A stretch of DNA of 64,000 nt from Eledone cirrhosa. Lineage: Eukaryota. Location: NCBI GenBank assembly GCA_964016885.1, contig OZ024748.1:14198001-14262000 (forward strand), given 5' to 3'. A program made the translations under genes and the position numbers. Each line of letters starts with the position of its first letter. Positions within the stretch are counted from its first letter, which is position 1. Below the pieces are notes generated by a model. It worked only from the letters and a program-made list of their open reading frames with translations, ran no database searches and had not been told where the DNA came from. Shown piece by piece: positions 27,441 to 41,750 of the stretch.

Positions 27441-28499
27441 AAAATGCAGAGGGAAAATAAAATCCCTAAACCGCAATGGCGGTAAGGAACAATTTGTGAA
27501 GGGGAGCTGTCAATGGTGGTGAATAGCCCTTCTTACATTGGTGCTGAAGATGAGGAGAGAGGAGGGGGTATGATGAGGGGGGGGGGGGGACATGGGGAGG
27601 AAATAGGGGTGCATGAGGAGGAGAAAGAGAGGTTCAGGAGGAGGAGAAAGAAGGGTCATGAGGAGGAGAAAGAGGGGGTCATGAGGAGGAGAAAGAGGGG
27701 GTCATGGGGAGGAGAAAGAGGATGAAATGAGGAGGGGCGAAGGATGCTACACGAAAGAGGAGGGAGGTGGACATATGAGAAGGAAGGGGGACATGAAGGG
27801 GAGAGAAGGGCCAAACATGGATTTAAAAAAAGGGGGGAGGGACAATCAGGTGAAGAGAGGGGGGCATCAGGTGAAGAAAAGGATTTGGGGGGGGGGTATC
27901 CGGTGAAGAGAAGAGGGTGATGTGGGGGAGAAGAAGAAACCAGGTGTGGATATCTGGTAAGAAGCAGGAACTACCAGAAGAGACGAAGAAGGGAAACTAT
28001 TAAAGAGATAATCTTCGATAAATAAACGGTAAAACACATGTAACTGCACGTGAGGCTACATGGGAAATAAACATACTACACGTGCCGTTACACATGGACA
28101 TCTACAAACATATATATTTATATGGTGGCTGCCAACTCGTTTTCGAGTACGGCCACTACTTTATATCCATGTAGGAGAACCCCTACCGATGCACTGAACG
28201 AGTGTGACTTTTTAGTCCAGCCAGCGACTTGAAAACTCTGGTACAAACACTACACTTGTGACAATTATTGACACATAGTGCTGGGCCCATGGTACCATGT
28301 GACGACAAGTGCAGAGAGATCTCCAGATATAAAGCAATGCCTGTGCCGTGAAACTTTTATAGTGAGGTAAGGCACTGCACAAAGCCAGTCCCACTCTCTT
28401 AACCAAGATGATATTTACCAAAAAGAAGAACAAGTCAACATCATTGGATACCATCAGGGTTGCAGGTGTTATATCAGAGTTTTCCTTCTCCTAGAATTC

Positions 28500-29067
<568 letters not shown>

Positions 29068-29106
29068 GATATTAATAAATGGAAACTATATTTATAAAAC
29101 CATATT

Positions 29107-29171
29107 TATTTCATTATACATATTTCAGGGATACCACATTAAATTATGGTATGCCTTCATCAGATAAAATA
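29107..29171 (-). ncRNA. Minimal type-I hammerhead ribozyme (H2)
   Basis: tattttat CTGATGA AGG-c-ATACCATA..TGTGGTAT-c-CCT GAAA tatgt ATA^ atgaaata. Confidence 0.8.
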
Positions 29172-29307
29172 CAATATATAACAGTTTTACAAATAGCTTT
29201 GACGTACCCTTTTAAAATACAACCATTCCTTTTGGAGGCAGCCTCCAAAGTAATTGTTGTATTTTAAAAGGGTACGTCAAAGCTATTTGTAAAACTGTTA
29301 TATATTG

Positions 29308-29372
29308 TATTTTATCTGATGAAGGCATACGATAATTTAATGTGGTATCCCTGAAATATGTATAATGAAATA
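29308..29372 (+). ncRNA. Minimal type-I hammerhead ribozyme (H2)
   Basis: CTGATGA 29316-29322, GAAA 29353-29356, predicted cleavage after 29364; one extra mismatch in stem II. Confidence 0.75.
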
Positions 29373-29518
29373 AATATATATATATGCACACATACCTATA
29401 TATATATCCCGGGTCTAATCCTGTAGAAGCCATTTCTATATTATATATATATGTGTTTTTAATGTATAACTGGACTCGAAACTTAAGGAGGTGCATACAT
29501 GTCCAGTGTACGAGTCCA

Positions 29519-29634
29519 TTTACGGTCTGAGTTCAAATCCCGTCGAGGTTAACTTTCCCTTTCATCCTTACGAGGTCGATAGAATAAAGTACCAGTAATG
29601 TACTGGGGTTTTGCTGGCCTTGTGCCAAAAGTAG

Positions 29635-29641
<7 letters not shown>
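29519..29641 (+). mobile_element. SINE family A, 5'-truncated
   Basis: B-box, core and tail. Confidence 0.88.
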
Positions 29642-29693
<52 letters not shown>

Positions 29694-29694
29694 T

Positions 29695-30142
29695 ATACTG
29701 ATTGATGTTCAGAGCCATCCTCAGCATTCTCGTGTAGCACCCATCCACCATCTGAGTGAGTTACTTGGTCAGTCTCCGAGTCTCAGACCCGCACAGCATC
29801 ACATACTCCACTACAGCAACGAAGAGACGGATCTTTAGGTCTGTACGAAGGCCCGACTTCCACACCGATCTCGAGCTGTGGCACGCCGCGAAAGTCAGCT
29901 CGAAAGTGACACAGAGGAGACTGAGGTTAGCTGGACATGCTCACCGACATCCAGAGTTGACACTGCACTCAGTGCTCCTGTGGGAGCCCCTGCATGGATA
30001 CACTGGAAGAGGAAGGTTAACATATGTTGATGCGTTAAGGACAGGCACTGGTCTCTTGGAGATGCAGGACATGGTAGCGATAATGAGAGACAGAGACCAC
30101 TGGAGAGAACTCGTCCATGAATCTCGGGAATTTTACCCGCCC
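29695..30142. mobile_element. RTE-X-like LINE 3' end with 5' inversion
   Basis: Plus strand from about 29889: KVSSKVTQRRLRLAGHAHRHPELTLHSVLLWEPLHG..TYVDALRTGTG..DRDHWRELV. Minus strand 29888-29695: ACHSSRSVWKSGLRTDLKIRLFVAVVEYVMLCGSET..DGCYTRMLRMALNI. TSD tatatatagtgt at 29683-29694 and 30153-30164. Confidence 0.88.
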
Positions 30143-30526
30143 TATATATAGATATATATAGTGTGTGTGTGTTTCCCCAAGAAATTTATACACACTTCAA
30201 CAGCATTTTAATAAATCTGTATATACATTTTTACGACACCCACCCACACACGTCCACATATGTGAGTGTGTGTGTGTGGTGTGTGGTGTGTGGTGTGTGG
30301 CGTGTGGCGTGTGGTGTGTGGGTGTGTATCCTGCTGCAGTACCTAACTGACCAATCGGCTTGTGGAGATTAAAGCAACATAGTAAGAATAGGAAGTAAGG
30401 AAATGATCCCAGTCAAAGGTTAAAAAGTGTTATTGCTATCAGGACATGCCTGCTTTAACCACAAGATGTGCATAAAAAAAAAACAAGTAGCACTATAGAC
30501 ATTGTTGGCGACAATCATGCAGTAAA

Positions 30527-31166
30527 CCCTTTAGCATTTAAATCGACCATATCCGGCCAGAATTCTTTCACCTCTATCTGTTCAAATCGGCTATAATCGG
30601 CCGTAACTGGCAGCTCATACTGGTGTTATGGTATTGTTCTCAAAATAAATAATAACAAAATGTCATAGATTTGATATTAAGTGACATAAAAACCTTTAAC
30701 GTGAAAAAAAATATATATAGAGAGAGTAATCTTTGATACATCCTACCAGTAGTGTTATATGGTCTTCACTATGTTAATTGGACGACAAGGTCACTTCAGA
30801 AGCTTTCTACATTTCAGAACTACATCATGAGACTTATGACAGGCAAGCGGCTCAGCGACCGTATCTCTATCAGTGAGCTGCTCAACATTACCAAACTTAC
30901 ACAAATTACCTCAACTGTCAAGTCAAGAGTACTCAAACTATACGGCTATATAAAAAGATCAACTCGTGTGAGTAGGTTATGCCTGGTAAGAGAAGCAGAG
31001 GCCGGCAACCAAAATGATGGCTTGACAATGTCAACTCATGGACTGGTGTTGATCTCTGACCTCTGTTGTTGGTGATCGAACTTTGTGAAGAGAGATATCA
31101 CATGTTAATGCGCAGTCTGCAACTGGCGGAATTTAGCGTCACAAGAAGAATGTAAATGCTAAAGGG
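30527..31166. mobile_element. piggyBac-like MITE (TIR CCCTTTAGCATTTA) interrupted by a LINE fragment
   Basis: ccctttagcattta at 30527-30540 and taaatgctaaaggg at 31153-31166; flanks taaa / ttaa. Confidence 0.7.
30735..31150 (+). mobile_element. RTE-clade LINE 3' fragment
   Basis: ILPVVLYGLHYVNWT..KLSTFQNYIMRLMTGKRLSDRISISELL..KSRVLKLYGYIKRS, then frameshifted GRQPK.W.DNV.SWTG; (aag)n tail. Confidence 0.8.
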
Positions 31167-31385
31167 TTAAAGTAAATCAGAGAGACTTGAATCAGGTTAT
31201 GAGGTTATTGAGGGAATAGACAAGGTAGGAATGAAATTGTATTACATGCAACTATATCAAAATGTCTCAGACATTCATAAAAAATACAAAGTATCTCTAC
31301 ATTAAAAACTCACGTTTTTATATTAATACTGCAAATTATCGCAACGATTATTCTACACTTAAAAAGTACTATAAATATTTATTCT

Positions 31386-31703
31386 ATGTATGTATGTATG
31401 TATGTATGTATGTATGTATGTATGTATGTATGTATGTATGTATGTATGTATGTATGTATGTATGTATGTATGTATGTATGTATGTATGTATGTATGTATG
31501 TATGTATGTATGTATGTATGTATGTATGTATGTATGTATGTATGTATGTATGTATGTATGTATGTATGTATGTATGTATGTATGTATGTATGTATGTATG
31601 TATGTATGTATGTATGTATGTATGTATGTATGTATGTATGTATGTATGTATGTATGTATGTATGTATGTATGTATGTATGTATGTATGTATGTATGTATG
31701 TAT
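31386..31703. repeat. Perfect (TATG)n, about 80 units
   Basis: Direct inspection. Confidence 0.98.
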
Positions 31704-31727
31704 ACACACACACACACACACCCATAA

Positions 31728-31761
<34 letters not shown>

Positions 31762-31853
31762 TAAATATATATACATATTAAATATATATATATATATATA
31801 TACACATATTAAATATATATATATATACACATATTAAATATATATATACATAT

Positions 31854-31908
<55 letters not shown>

Positions 31909-32225
31909 GTGTGTGTCCTTTCTAATATTTGAATTAACAATCTATATGAAATCACGTTTATATCTGATTGTTTTTTTTATCAATGTTTAACTATTTGAGT
32001 ATGGAGTAATTAAAGCAGTTGTTCTATGAGTAAAATATATTTAAATAAAAGGGGGTCTTGGTAGTGAAATGTTTCGGTACAACTCTTCTACATGACTGAC
32101 CGATTCCATTTTCGCAGGTCACCATTGAAGCTCGGTCCCTCGACTGCCGCCGTTTTCCTTTGCAAAATTGGAATAAGTGCATCATAACTAAAGAAGGAGC
32201 CCAATGAGGGTTATGGGCCGATGCA

Positions 32226-32309
32226 ATGGCTATCGCTGGCCCTACACCGCGGCAAAGATTTCGCCATCTTGTCCATAAAGTGCAGCTGAAATATGCCGTC
32301 CATCTGAGG
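32226..32309 (+). CDS. Candidate first coding exon segment MAIAGPTPRQRFRHLVHKVQLKYAVHLR, unidentified
   Basis: Unique GC-richer island; upstream acceptor ccattttcgcag near 32116; Kozak-like GCAATGG; possible donor AGG|GTGTAT at 32310. Confidence 0.3.
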
Positions 32310-33484
32310 GTGTATAGTTTCCCCTTCCACGTTTCTTGCCTACTTTCAATTGTTAATCTCACCGTATAACAAAATGTTATTGTAGTGGTGAATCCGGTCC
32401 CACAAAATCTCCCTCAGTCTCTCTCTCTCTCTCTCCCACATCTCTCTCTCTCTCGCTTGCTCTTTTTCTATCTATCTCTTTCCTTCTCTCAAAGAAATTG
32501 GCTGTGTTCCAAATTGGAGTGTGCTCGGTTCCACCAGATTTAAAATGCCCTAAACACGCCGTGTCAGAACGGCAACGCTAAAACCCCCTCATGAGTTAAG
32601 GCGGTATACGTATTTTTGTTACTAAATGGGGAAAAGAGTCTCAATAAAATAGATCGATGGATGGTCTATCACATGATTGGACGAGATTTTATAAATACTA
32701 CCTGTGACCACTTCTACGGCCTAAAAAGTCAAAAGTCTTAAGCAGGAAAAAAAAAAATCGATAGATGTTGTCTTAAACGATTGGTCGCTGTTTTATAAAA
32801 TATTTCCTGTGTCCAATTCTTTATCTTCGATAACTTTAATGAGTTGAATCGGAAGACAGAAAAAAATTTCAAACATGAGAAATCGTTCTCGTGTGATCTG
32901 ACTAGAAAAAAACTTATCCAACCGACGAGGTTGAAGAATAATTATATGTAAATAAGACTTAATATTAGCCAACCTTCCTGTCTGGCTTTTTATCTTTTTT
33001 TTATCCTTTTTATTGTATGCTGTGCTTGCTTACTCACACATTTTCGCTCTCTTTATCTCTCTTTATCTCTTTGTGTCTATCGATCTATGTATGTATATCT
33101 ATCTATCTATCTATCAATCTATACCTATCTATCTATTCCAGTTTGTTCATGTTCTCTCTCTCTCTCTCCATTCCAGTTTCTCTCCATTCCAGTTTCTCCA
33201 TTATTTTTTATCTTTTTTCTCTCTCTAACTTTCTCTCTCTCCATTCCTGTTTCTTCATTATGTCTCTCTTTCACTCACTCTCACTCTGTCTCTTTCTCTC
33301 TCACTCTCTTCCTTTCTCTCCCTCCTTCCATTCCGGTTTCTTTGTAATCAGAACTACTAAAATCGTATGTTGGTACTTATTTATGTATCAGAAACAGACA
33401 CAAAAACAATGGACAATTCATTGACTCCAGACTAAAACGACTACCATTATTTTATCAAAAGAATTTTAATGGCATTCGTTTTTC

Positions 33485-34165
33485 TTTTCCAACCATATTA
33501 ACTTCAATATTAATGATGACGACGACAACAAGAACAACAGCACTTTTCAGCCATATTAACTTCAATATTAATGACAACAACAGCAATAGCATTTTCCAAC
33601 TATGACTTCAATATTAATGACAACAACAAAAACACTTTACAACTCCAATATTAATGACAACATTTTTCAACCATATAACTTCAATATTAATAACAATAAC
33701 AACACTTTCCAACCATATAACTTCAATATTAATAACAATAACAACACATTCCAACCACGTAACTTCAATATTAACGAACAACAAGTCTTTCCAACCATAT
33801 AATTTCAATATTAACGACAATAAGAAGACTTTCCAACCATATAACTTCAATATTAATGACAACAACAATAACAACACATTCCAACCATATAACTTCAATA
33901 TTAATGACAACAACAATAACAACACATTCCAACCATGTAATTTCAATATTAACGACAACACTTTCCAACCATATAACGTCAATATTAATGACAACAACAA
34001 GACTTTCCAACCATGTAACTTCAATATTAATAAAAATAACAACACTTTCCAACCATATAACTTCAATATTAACGACAATAAGAAAACTTTCCAGCCATAT
34101 AACTTCAATATTAATGAGAACAACAACAACAACAACAACAACACTTTCCAACCACAACTTCAACG
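33485..34165. repeat. 36-48-bp minisatellite (ttccaaccatataacttcaatattaatgac(aac)n)
   Basis: About 15 copies; length varies in internal (aac)n. Confidence 0.92.
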
Positions 34166-34216
34166 AATTTTTAGCAAATAAACGAAGGAATGCTTCACAT
34201 CACAATTCTACATTTA

Positions 34217-34400
34217 CTTGTTCTTGTAGTAATTGATGTTGTTCTTGTAGTAATTGATGTTGTTCTTGTAGTAACTGATGTTGTTCTTGTAGTAACTGAT
34301 GTTGTTCTTGTAGCAACTGATGTTGTTCTTGTAGTAACTGATGTTGTTCTTGTAGTAACTGATGTTGTTCTTGTAGTAACTGATGTTGTAACTTTTGTAG
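34217..34400. repeat. 21-bp minisatellite gttcttgtagtaactgatgtt
   Basis: About 8 copies. Confidence 0.93.
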
Positions 34401-35018
34401 TAACTGCTATTGCCATAATTATGTTGCTGTTGTCATTATCGTTGCTGTTATTGTGGTGGTAGTGATGTCTTGATATTATTGTTGGGAATTTTTGTTGTTG
34501 CTGTTGTTGTGGTGGCGGTCGTCGTCATAGTCGTTGTGTTGCTGGAGATATCTTGGTTGATGTTATTGTTTGTTTCCTTGTTGCTATATTATTATTATTA
34601 TTGATGTCTCATCCTCACCTTTCTTATTGTTGTGGCTTGTTTCCGATAATCCATATTTTTTTCCCGTCCATTTTATATTTTAGCTTTGTTTTATACGAAG
34701 AGCAAGATAAGCGTTATTCTAATTAATATTGTACCGAAAAACCCACACAGAAGATCTGCTATTTCATAAACAGACGCCTAAAATCTTCTGAAAGATTTCA
34801 ACTTAAAACACAAAGAAATTAGTAACGAACATCTAATGTGCGTCATGACTTGCTTCCCCAACTCCCCCCCCCCCATCTCTCTCCCTCCTTCATTCCATAC
34901 TTTCGGCCATTTTGTTATTAAGTCGTCTGATTCTGTATTCGTTATTACACAGGTAATTTGTGCTTTTAATTGTGTTTTTTTTCTTTAAACTCATTTTTAA
35001 TTAATAACATTCTGAGGA

Positions 35019-35064
<46 letters not shown>

Positions 35065-35094
35065 AAATATATATATTTATATATACATATATAC

Positions 35095-35222
35095 ACTTCG
35101 TTTTTGTATTTGTTTTGCAAAATTTTTTATCTGAAAACGTATTGAAACAGATATTGTTATACTTTGGGAGGGTCATGTGTGTTTTTATTGGCAACAGGTC
35201 CCTCCCAGAGTATAACAATATA
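35095..35222. mobile_element. Fold-back element family H7 (short)
   Basis: tattgttatactttgggaggg ... ccctcccagagtataacaata inverted pair; (TA)n flanks. Confidence 0.65.
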
Positions 35223-35227
35223 TAACA

Positions 35228-35258
<31 letters not shown>

Positions 35259-35610
35259 TCGACACCGGTCAGCGCATACTTACGTACGAGCCTAAATCCA
35301 ATAACACTACTATTAATATTCCCATCATTATTACTTTTACTAACAGAAAACCACCCGAATGATCGTTTTCTGCTAGCTTGTCTAGTGTGTATATTGATAT
35401 TATACGCAAATATATATGCATGTAGATATGATACGTAGAATAAAATCGTAATTGAGAATATGCACAGAAATTTTATCATATGATTTTACAATTTGGTTTT
35501 GTAGATCTATATATATAATTCAAGTATAAAGGGTATATGTATATATATAGAGAAAGGGCCATATATCCGTGATAAAACAATCTATTGTAATATATACAGA
35601 GGACGTAGCG

Positions 35611-35670
<60 letters not shown>

Positions 35671-35671
35671 C

Positions 35672-35868
35672 AGCCGAGCGACTTTCGTCAAATCGGACCG
35701 AGGAAACCATGTTTCCGTTTGTCTTTCCAATTGCTAATACTATCTATCGGTCGCAACTCAAGGTAGAAGGAGGAACGTGAAATAAAGTGTCTTGCTCAAG
35801 GAAAGGAATCGAACTCACAACATCACGATTGCGAATCCAATTCTCTAACCCCTCAGCCACGCACCTTC
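35672..35868 (-). mobile_element. CORE-type SINE (family B)
   Basis: Matches 6544-6757; B-box gagttcgattcc on minus strand. Confidence 0.8.
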
Positions 35869-35944
35869 ATATGTGTGTGTGTCTGTGTGTGTGTGTGTGC
35901 GCGCGTGTGCGTGTGCGCGTGCGCGCGTGTGTGTGCACACGGCG

Positions 35945-36684
35945 ATGATTTAGTTTTGCGAGGTTTTTGATATGAAATCGTGTGCCGAAACAAATATTGT
36001 TATACTTGGGGAGGGTCATATTTGTGTAATATTGCCAGAATTAATAACAGAACACACTCACTGTTTGGTTGGTTTTCGCTTTTCGCGAAATAGAACTTAG
36101 AAGGCCAAGGCTGAACAGAAAGAATGAAGGGAATAACAACAACACCCAAACAAACAGCACTTACCTAAGAGAAGTATAAATAAATAAATAGATAAATAAA
36201 TAAATAAATACATACACAAGCACAATAACAACAAACACATATAAACACACACTAGTAAAGATAGAATACATTAACCAATACACAGTCACCCAATCACGAA
36301 CACACATCAAACAAAACACTATACACACACGCAAACGCATGCGCAAAGAAAACAAAATAAAATAAACAAATAAATGAATATATAAACAGACTAAATAAAG
36401 ATGGCGTAGAAAATACAATGCAACGGGAGGAAACAATAGCACCACTGACGATGTTGCAGATGGGCAACGAAATAACAATGATAAACTTTATATATGTGTT
36501 TGTGTCTATATTGTATCTGTATTATTTTTGACCGTTGGTCAGTCAATGGCAACATTGAGGACCGAATAAATTAGATTACTGATATAAAAGACACAGAAGC
36601 AAAATCCAACCAAACAGTGAGTGTGTTCTGTTATTAATTCTGGCAATATTACACAAATATGACCCTCCCTAAGTATAGCAATAT
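35945..36684. mobile_element. Fold-back element family H7 (long spacer)
   Basis: 35993-36080 is the reverse complement of 36598-36684. Confidence 0.7.
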
Positions 36685-36995
36685 ATATATACATATATAT
36701 ATAAGAGTATTGAAGTTTGCTTGAAGCATTGTGGAATAATAAATAAATATCTTTAAGTCGTTTGGAAGCCTCGACAATGCAAATGGGTAAATCTCCGGGT
36801 AACAAGATCCGGTGGTGGAGAGAGAGATGTAAGTAGATGTACGTTGAGATGCGTGATGTGTAAATGTGTAGAAGAAAGAAGGGAAGAGTATAAAGGATAA
36901 AATGAAAATAACAACACAAGAGAGAGTTATCTTGGGAGAGATTTAATAGTCCCTATATATTTCGGATTCACATCCATCAACTGGGGTTTTTTTCC

Positions 36996-37208
<213 letters not shown>

Positions 37209-37376
37209 ACAAATTTAAATGATATACAAATATACTCTTTTCTTATATGAAGTTGAGAAATGACTTGTATTGTGTACATGTATATAGGATAACATTATAA
37301 ATGTACTCTCAAGAAACAACCCAAAATCACTTTTAGCTTGATTCTTTCTTTGTGACTACATTCATTATTTGTCGTT

Positions 37377-37412
<36 letters not shown>

Positions 37413-37908
37413 CTAGTTGTTTCTCGACTTCATAAATGAAAGTAATTTTTTGTATATCGTTCACCTTTGTATAAATTATACTCTAAGGTTAATGTTCATT
37501 GAGCTTTCTTTGTTGCGTAACATATATATTTTTTATCTGTATAGATTAAACGTACTTATTGTATATATATATATATATATATACTGTGTGTGGTGCGTGT
37601 TTATACATTTGCACGCACGTAAACAGATATACACCCACACATATAGAAAATGTGTATATATATCTATATCTATCTATATATCTCTATCTATATATATATA
37701 TATGTATCTATATATATGTAAGTATGTATGTATGTATGTATCTATATATATGTAAGTATGTATGTATGTATGTATCTATATATATGTAAGTATGTATGTA
37801 TGTATGTGTCTATATATATGTATGTGTATATATATATATGTAAGTATGTATGTGTATATATATATGTAAGTATGTATGTGTATATATATATATGTATGTA
37901 TGTATGTG

Positions 37909-37978
<70 letters not shown>

Positions 37979-39085
37979 TGTGTGTCTGTGTGTCTGTGTG
38001 TCTGTGTGTCTGTGTGTCTGTGTGTCTGTGTGTCTGTGTGTCTGTGTGTCTGTGTCTGTGTGTCTGTGTGTGTGTGTGTCTGTGTGTCTGTGTTAAAATT
38101 AAATATATAAACTTTATCAGCATTAATAACAATGATAATAGAGTATACAAAAAGTCTTCAAGATAGAACGTCTGATAAGGTGAGTGGTGATAGCTTTTGC
38201 AAGTAAGTATCGATTATTGCTCGTCCTTGTTATGTATACTTTTTTTTCTTTTAAATATTTTACCCTTTATCCTCTCTCCTTTTAAACACCCTCCCTACCT
38301 CCTTTTTGCAGTTCATTACATTACCAGCTCCATTAACTTAAATATCAAGGAAGCTAGTATTCACCAAGGTGTTAAATGAAATATAAGTGACAGCTAAGAA
38401 TGAATTTAGAAAAATGATAAACGATACTTTGTATGAAATATTCTTCAGAGAATGTTTTGTTGTTTGTTATTTCTTGTTGTTGTTTTTTTTTCTCCTTTTT
38501 TTTGCTTTTTTTTTTTTAGTTTCTGTTTTCTTTTGTAGGGTGCTTTAAAAATGATTTATTCCGCATATTATTTTATTTTACTTTGCCTCTTTTTTTTGGG
38601 GGGGGGGGGGTGTACTTGAGACAGTAAGTGTGTGGACCCAGAAGGGCAACTGTATCACTATGGATGAGGAGATTTTTGTTGTTGGATCATTTTTTGTTTT
38701 GTTTTGTTTTTCTTTTTTTTTTTTGTGGTTTTCTGCTAATTTCTTTTGTTCCCGCTGTGAGGGTGGCGGGTGCTGGGAAAAATATACAAATCATAATCAA
38801 AAGCACAAAATAAGGATGAATGAAGAGAAGGAGAAGAAGAAGACGAAGAAGCAGAAGAAGAAGGGTATTTGCTAAGAGTCTATAACTCTAGATCGATTGG
38901 CAATATGGCTTCCGTTTGCTTTAACGTGATATGAATAGCGAGTCAATAGGAAGTCCATCATCTCCTATACATTATCCAATGTCAGGACACTTAAATCAAA
39001 TTTCTGTTCAGCGATAATGGTACGTACAGTCAGCTAGAAAATATATCGCACATAATACTACTGCTGTTAATGCTGCTCCTGCTGG

Positions 39086-39120
<35 letters not shown>

Positions 39121-39499
39121 TTGCTGCTATTGAAATGCACTGAATTGTGCACAATTTCGCCTTATTTGGAGACTATTGCCATGATTTCCACACGCACACA
39201 CACATATGTCTGTGTGTGTGTAACAATGAATTCCTTTACACTCAACTACTTTCTAGAGTATGTCTGTGATTCATATCTGATTCATAAGAAGTGGGTGGAA
39301 GGTGAGATTGTTTCACGGCCAACGAATCAATCCCCATGATGTAGCAACCAACTGTATCTACGATATGATTCTATTTATCAATTCTAGCTATTTTTGTGCT
39401 TCGTTTTGTTTTACCTTATATGAAAGCAATACTGACGTTCAAAATAAGATGTCAGAAAAAAAACCCTGAGTATCTCATACCCAGAACACTCGTTCAATT

Positions 39500-39790
39500 C
39501 GGCAGCTATGACAACCTGCTAACCACTGTTAAAAAAAACATGGTGGAAAGTGATGGTTAAGTCACATGACAACATCTGATGGAATGACCAAGACCATGTA
39601 CCAAGGAAAACTTCAAGTGACAAGACAAGGACGTCAGAAAAATACAAATGGGCTGATAACATCGCAAATTGAACCGGTAAAGATGTTGCGATAATTTAAG
39701 TCCTGGATTGTTGCAGAGCTGGATGGAGGGAGGTCGTACATAGCTCTACCATACAGTATCCTTACGAACCTGATGGGTCACATGATTAAG
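39500..39790 (+). mobile_element. Decayed RTE-clade LINE 3' end
   Basis: GSYDNLLTTVKK..HMTTSDGMTKTMYQG..GRQK..WADNI..TG..RAGWREVV across frameshifts. Confidence 0.7.
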
Positions 39791-40233
39791 AAATATACAA
39801 CTATATTCAAGACCACCGAATGCCAAGCTCATAAGAAATATACTCATTAAAACAAAACCAATTACAAACTAAATGTCCATACTAGAACCAAGACATCATC
39901 CATAATTGCTCCCTCAAACCATCTATATTTCCTGACACACACTCCGTAAACCCAACCAAAAATGCGCTCTAAATACCAGTAGGGGGGGGGGGGGAGATAG
40001 AAATATTCAAGATGTAGCTGTCATATTACGCAGTTTCTGTATAAGAATAAACAATAATAATTTTTTTTATGCAGCGACTACGACCCCATTGCATAACTAT
40101 CTATAGCAATCAGACCCATTCTCGTTACTAATGCATACATTTATTTGAAAACCGTACAGCGCTGCCCCACCTGACAAACCGAAAATCGATGCACTCAGTT
40201 AGCTCCAAACAAACCCATATATGTAATATGTGA

Positions 40234-40568
40234 AAGCGCGTGGATTATCGTTATAGGGCTGAGCTCACAGTCATGAAATTAGGATTTCAATTTCTGGCGG
40301 CGTAGTATATTCTTTCCTTGAGTAAGACACTATTTTACTTTGAACCAATCCACTTAGCTGGACAAAATCTATTGTAGCTGTAATTCAAAGGACCTGTCTT
40401 AACACACAGTGTGTTACGCTGAATCTTCCTGAGAACTATGCTAAGTGTACATGTGTGTCTTTTGGAATTCTCAGCCATTATTTGCAAGTTAATTTCACGA
40501 ACAAGATTTTTCCGTTGATCGAATCAACTGGAACACTCATCGTTGGAACCGACGGAGGTTCAACAAAC
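40234..40568 (+). mobile_element. CORE-type SINE, long form
   Basis: Degenerate tRNA head, tccttgagtaagacacta CORE-like block, tail gttgatcgaatcaactggaacactc also seen at 43885-44050. Confidence 0.7.
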
Positions 40569-41574
40569 AAACCAGTAGGATACACATCGCACGTTGCCAT
40601 TTCTTCTTCGTAGTAGATCAGCTGACTTGTGTTAGTCATAACTACACTATTGCTACTTACTACCAATACTTCTACTACTACTACTACTACTACAACCAAT
40701 ACTACTACCAATGCTACTACCACTACTTACTACTACCAGTACTACTAGTACTGCATTCACCACATGTTTCTTTTATCTATGTGGAATTGAATATTATATA
40801 TATATATTTCCCAAGAATTTACAATTCTTTAAGTTGGCGTCGAGGAAAATTAATTATTTTTCCATTTGAAACTTTCTGCCAAACGTAAGTTTACATTCCT
40901 ATAAATACATTATAAAAATCGAACGTTTAATATCTATATGATCTTTGGTGAGAACCTCAAATGGAAGGATGAACACCCGGCAAACCGAAACCACGATGTA
41001 TTATATAAAAAGTCGGTTAAAATCGTTTAATTTCTCTTATAGTCGTAATATTCATGAATGTCACAATATCCCATTTCCCTTCAGCTAAAACATGGAGCCG
41101 TGTTGTCTCATCAAACATATACTAATACAGTTATGTTGTTTTCGGTTGTCATTTCATTTTTCAAACTATAAATTATTAACTCATAATGTTTAATGTCATT
41201 TAACGGAGTTCATATGAGAAACACAACAACGTCGCACATTCTATATTCTAATTCTTGCGTTCACGAAAGAAATCAATAAATAATAATAACTAATGAACGA
41301 ATGTAATAAACAGACAAGTGCAAAACACTCCAAACAATTTAGAACATCGAACCTCATTATCACAGAGTCCATGAACCATCATCGACCACCCACCTACCCA
41401 CAGGCATACACAGAAATAAATAAATACACCAATCAGTAAATAATATAAATATGTTGTGGCAGACAAGCTAGATCAGGGATACACTACACATTTCAGACAC
41501 TCGAACGCCTTCGTGGAATCCATGACCTACGCACTGACCCTTTCCTGGAGAAAAAAAACATTTATAAGAAATAA

Positions 41575-41750
41575 ATCAGTGGTTAGGGTACTAGGCTTAC
41601 GATCATGTCGTTTGTTCTACAGTAAACCACTTCATTTCACGTTGCTCCAGTACACTCAGCCGAAAATGAGTACCAGCAATAGCTGGGATTTAATCCTACG
41701 ATGGACTGGCGTCCTGTCCAGGGAGGAGTCATTTTCTTAGTCGCTTCACA
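41575..41750 (+). mobile_element. CORE-type SINE fragment
   Basis: cacttcatttcacgttgctccagtacactcagccgaaaatgagtacc. Confidence 0.6.

Noticed and set aside
26242-27476. Poly-His, poly-Asp, poly-Pro (formin-like) and poly-Thr ORFs
   Set aside because: Trinucleotide arrays open in most frames; no flanking domains.
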